In this document: piece by piece, positions 46,936 through 49,508 of the stretch | How the letters are laid out: every line of letters starts with the position of its first letter | Position numbering within the stretch: position 1 is the first letter of the stretch | Assembly (NCBI GenBank): GCA_049698855.1 | Contig: JBAVYO010000234.1 | Span: forward strand, 1 to 49,508 | From: Terriglobales bacterium | Lineage (GTDB): Bacteria; Acidobacteriota; Terriglobia; Terriglobales; Acidobacteriaceae | DNA length: 49,508 nt | Reading direction: 5' to 3' | The notes under the pieces: generated by a model | What the model saw: only the letters and a program-made list of their open reading frames with translations | Database searches by the model: none | What the model was told of the DNA's origin: nothing | Made by a program: the position numbers and the translations under genes

Positions 46936-48117
46936 GTGGATCAAGCATACAACGCCATCATTCTGGGAGCGGGCGCGGCTGGCCTGATGTGCGCCATCGA
47001 AGCCGGTAAGCGCGGCAAGCGAGTTCTCGTCATCGAGCACGCCGATCGCATTGGCAAGAAGATTCTCATCTCCGGCGGCGGCCGCTGCAATTTCACCAAT
47101 CTTCACGCCGGCGCGGACAACTTCATCTCCAGGAATCCCCACTTCGCCAAATCGGCCCTTGCTCGTTACGGCCCCAATGCTTTCTTGGAATTGATCGAAA
47201 AGCACCGCATCCCATACCACGAAAAAAAGCTCGGCCAGTTGTTCTGCGATCGCTCGGCGAATGACATCGTCACCATGCTCGAGGAGGAATGCCGAGCCGC
47301 CCACGTCGAAATCCTGCTTGACACAAGGATCAACGAAGTCGCGAAAACCGATCAATTTACTCTCCACGCAGCCGGTACAACCTTCACAGCGCCTCAGTTG
47401 GTGGTTGCAACGGGAGGGTTGTCCATACCGAAAATCGGCGCCACTCACTTCGGCTACAATCTTGCCCGGCAATTCGGCCTCAAGATCCAGCCCCCTCGAG
47501 CGGCGCTGGTGCCGCTTGTTTTCAGCGAAAACGACCGCCGCAACTGGTGCGACCTTGCTGGCGTCTCGACCGAAATAGTCGCCTCCAGCTCGACGCAACG
47601 CTTTCGCGAAAAAATGCTCTTCACGCATCGTGGTCTGAGTGGGCCGGCGATTCTCCAAATATCCTCTTATTGGGATGGCCAGGGATCCATCTCGATCGAC
47701 CTCGCACCCGATATCGATCTGAATTCTCTTTTGCGGCGGCGCGACGCGCGCGATCAGGCCGCCTGGAAATCGCTACTGCGCGAAATTCTGCCCCGCCGTC
47801 TGGCGGACCGGTGGCTGGAAACGCATCCACTCGCAGGCAACTCCGCCAGCGCCTTTGCCGATGCAGAGCGCGTTCTCCACAATTGGAAAGTGGTCCCGGA
47901 AACAACCGAGGGTTACGGAAAAGCCGAGGTCACTGCCGGCGGAGTGGACACCGACGAATTACACGCCCGCACAATGGAAGTTCGCAAAGTCCCGGGCTTG
48001 TTTTTCATCGGAGAGCTTGTTGACGTCACCGGCCAGCTCGGCGGCTTCAACTTCCAGTGGGCCTGGGCCTCGGGATTTTGCGCCGGCCAGGCAATCTCCG
48101 GTCAGGCAATACTATGA
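46936..48117 (+). CDS. HI0933/YhiN (BaiN-like) family NAD(P)/FAD-dependent oxidoreductase
   Basis: 'AIILGAGAAGLMCAIEAGKRGKRVLVIEHADRIGKKILISGGGRCNFTN', 'GLFFIGELVDVTGQLGGFNFQWAWASG'. GTG start. Confidence 0.85.
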   Translation: MDQAYNAIILGAGAAGLMCAIEAGKRGKRVLVIEHADRIGKKILISGGGRCNFTNLHAGADNFISRNPHFAKSALARYGPNAFLELIEKHRIPYHEKKLGQLFCDRSANDIVTMLEEECRAAHVEILLDTRINEVAKTDQFTLHAAGTTFTAPQLVVATGGLSIPKIGATHFGYNLARQFGLKIQPPRAALVPLVFSENDRRNWCDLAGVSTEIVASSSTQRFREKMLFTHRGLSGPAILQISSYWDGQGSISIDLAPDIDLNSLLRRRDARDQAAWKSLLREILPRRLADRWLETHPLAGNSASAFADAERVLHNWKVVPETTEGYGKAEVTAGGVDTDELHARTMEVRKVPGLFFIGELVDVTGQLGGFNFQWAWASGFCAGQAISGQAIL

Positions 48118-48309
48118 GCACTGGCTGCTATCGCACCGACTGGGTCGCTTTGCGCTCGCTCTTCAGGATCGACTGGGCGCAAACTGCATGAGTCCGCGTG
48201 ATGATTTTACTGGGCGCGATTTTTTTGACGATTCTTCCCGCACTGTGCGTGGTCTCAAGGCTGGTGCTGTAAAATAATGTAGCTTCGCAGTTGGTTGTCA
48301 ACACACCGT

Positions 48310-48386
48310 GGCGGTGTAGCTCAGGTGGTTAGAGCGACGGTCTCATAATCCGTAGGTCGTAGGTTCGAGTCCTACCGCCGCCACCA
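48310..48386 (+). tRNA. tRNA with CAU anticodon, an elongator type: tRNA-Met or lysidine-modified tRNA-Ile2. CCA encoded.
   Basis: GGCGGTG-TA-GCTC-AGGTGGTTA-GAGC-G-ACGGT-CTCATAA-TCCGT-AGGTC-GTAGG-TTCGAGT-CCTAC-CGCCGCC-A-CCA. G1-C72 is paired and the anticodon stem lacks the GGG/CCC run, so it is not an initiator. Confidence 0.9.
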
Positions 48387-48584
48387 GATTTAGGTTGTTT
48401 TCACTAGCCTGGAGATTTCACTTGCGCTTGCGGAAGGCTTCAGGTTGCTGACACGCCACGACGGTCGCGCAACAAGGGAAGGTCGTTGGGAACATCCCAG
48501 ATTCAATGACCGGTGCTGACCAACTGGAGTTCGCCATACTCGGTGCCGATCCCTTGCAAACCGGTTTCGTGGGCCGGCACTTCC

Positions 48585-49508
48585 TCAGCGGATTGGATTC
48601 GAGTACATCAGTCCACCGTGGGTCGAGAGATTGTTGGCTCCGCGTTCAAGCTTCATAGCGGACCCGGATCCCAAGTCGCGTTCGAACATCTCTCCGTAGT
48701 TTCCGACGGCCTCGATGGCGCGCGCGGCCCACTCGTCGTCCAATCCAATAAATTGACCCCAGCCGCGGTGCGCCCCCAGCAAGCGCCGGACGAGAATGTC
48801 GTCGCTCTTCTTCATGTCCTTCAAATTGGCCTGAGTGACGCCTACTTCCTCGGCCTGGATCAGTGCCTGCATCGTCCAATCGACGATGGCGCGCCATTGC
48901 GGGTCATCGGATCGGACAGCAGGGGCCAAAGGATCGCTGGCAACGGAGTCGGACATGATCGCGAATTTCTTTGCCATGTGCTTGAATGCGATCCGTTCAT
49001 AGGCCAGCTGTGAGACGTCGGCAGTAATCGCGGCGCAATTGCCCGTGATCAGCGCGGCCTCCATCTCTCCCTCTTCGGAGAATGGCCCTCTTAGAAAATT
49101 GATCTTCTCTCGCTGCATGTAATCGTTCACCTGCGCCTCGATTTCCGTTCCGGTCAGAAAACAGACCTTCTTGCCGGCGAAATCCTTAGGTGAAGTAATG
49201 CCCAGGCTTTTATCCACCAGGAATCCCTGAAAGTCATAAAAAATTGGACGCGCGAAGCTGAAGCTCCCATTATCGTTGCGGAAGTTGAGTGAAGCGGTTG
49301 CGAGCAAGTCGATTGCCCCCGACTTCAGCGCCGCCAGGCTGCTGGCTTCATCGCGAAAGTATTTGATCGTAGCCTTGGCATCCGCTCCGAGAACCGCGAC
49401 CGCTACTGCCTTGCAGATGTCATCGTCGAACGCGGAATGATTTCCATGCGCGTCGGCAAGCGTCCACTCGGGCTCTTCGGTATCTACCCCGCAGGCCAGG
49501 GTTCCAGC
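48585..49508 (-). CDS. Amino-acid ABC transporter periplasmic substrate-binding protein (AapJ/general L-amino-acid type), N-terminus outside the window
   Basis: The frame stays open to the window end ('AGTLACGVDTEEPEWTLADAHGN...'). C-terminal 'LERGANNLSTHGGLMYSNPIR' is typical of AapJ-like binding proteins. Confidence 0.8.
   Translation of the reverse strand, partial: AGTLACGVDTEEPEWTLADAHGNHSAFDDDICKAVAVAVLGADAKATIKYFRDEASSLAALKSGAIDLLATASLNFRNDNGSFSFARPIFYDFQGFLVDKSLGITSPKDFAGKKVCFLTGTEIEAQVNDYMQREKINFLRGPFSEEGEMEAALITGNCAAITADVSQLAYERIAFKHMAKKFAIMSDSVASDPLAPAVRSDDPQWRAIVDWTMQALIQAEEVGVTQANLKDMKKSDDILVRRLLGAHRGWGQFIGLDDEWAARAIEAVGNYGEMFERDLGSGSAMKLERGANNLSTHGGLMYSNPIR

Noticed and set aside
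46855-47658. 267-aa minus-strand ORF
   Set aside because: It is antisense to the HI0933-type flavoprotein gene, which has clear FAD-binding motifs.

Overview
High-GC chromosomal window. The gene content looks like Acidobacteriota (Terriglobia-type): two >1100-aa CarboxypepD_reg-type TonB-dependent receptors, an S53 peptidase with Ig-like repeats, two RND efflux operons and GC-rich REP-like hairpins. Gene order: (1) S53 peptidase, 5'-partial. (2) A ~590-nt structured non-coding stretch, then a dead tyrosine-integrase gene. (3) A TonB-dependent receptor (TBDR) bracketed by two ~0.5-kb direct repeats of the same dead integrase 3' part. (4) Small membrane ORF plus an MFP-RND-TolC efflux operon. 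(5) tRNA-Val(GAC). (6) GT2 glycosyltransferase and an HD-GYP response regulator. (7) A secreted hypothetical protein. (8) A visibly more AT-rich islet at about 18.3-21.8 kb. (9) EamA transporter. (10) A hemE-hemH-TPR-hemY operon. (11) An mdtABC-OMF operon. (12) A hybrid PAS histidine kinase. (13) A Fur-family regulator divergent from a second TBDR. (14) hypF. (15) An HI0933-type flavoprotein. (16) tRNA-Met(CAU). (17) An AapJ-like amino-acid binding protein, partial. No rRNA or CRISPR array was seen. The best candidate for something undescribed is the islet. It holds a 1.87-kb cassette bounded by 32-bp near-perfect inverted repeats, each containing an inward-facing sigma70-like promoter. One side of the cassette carries only the Zn-ribbon/HTH N-terminus of an IS1595-type transposase. 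The other side carries a translationally coupled DUF3800-like gene, an untracked 49-aa basic ORF and a 95-aa Cys-rich ORF. The cassette appears to have inserted into the 3' end of a 484-aa gene, about 11 codons after an R-x4-H (HEPN-like) motif. Functional calls rest on motif and family recognition by eye, and no searches were run.
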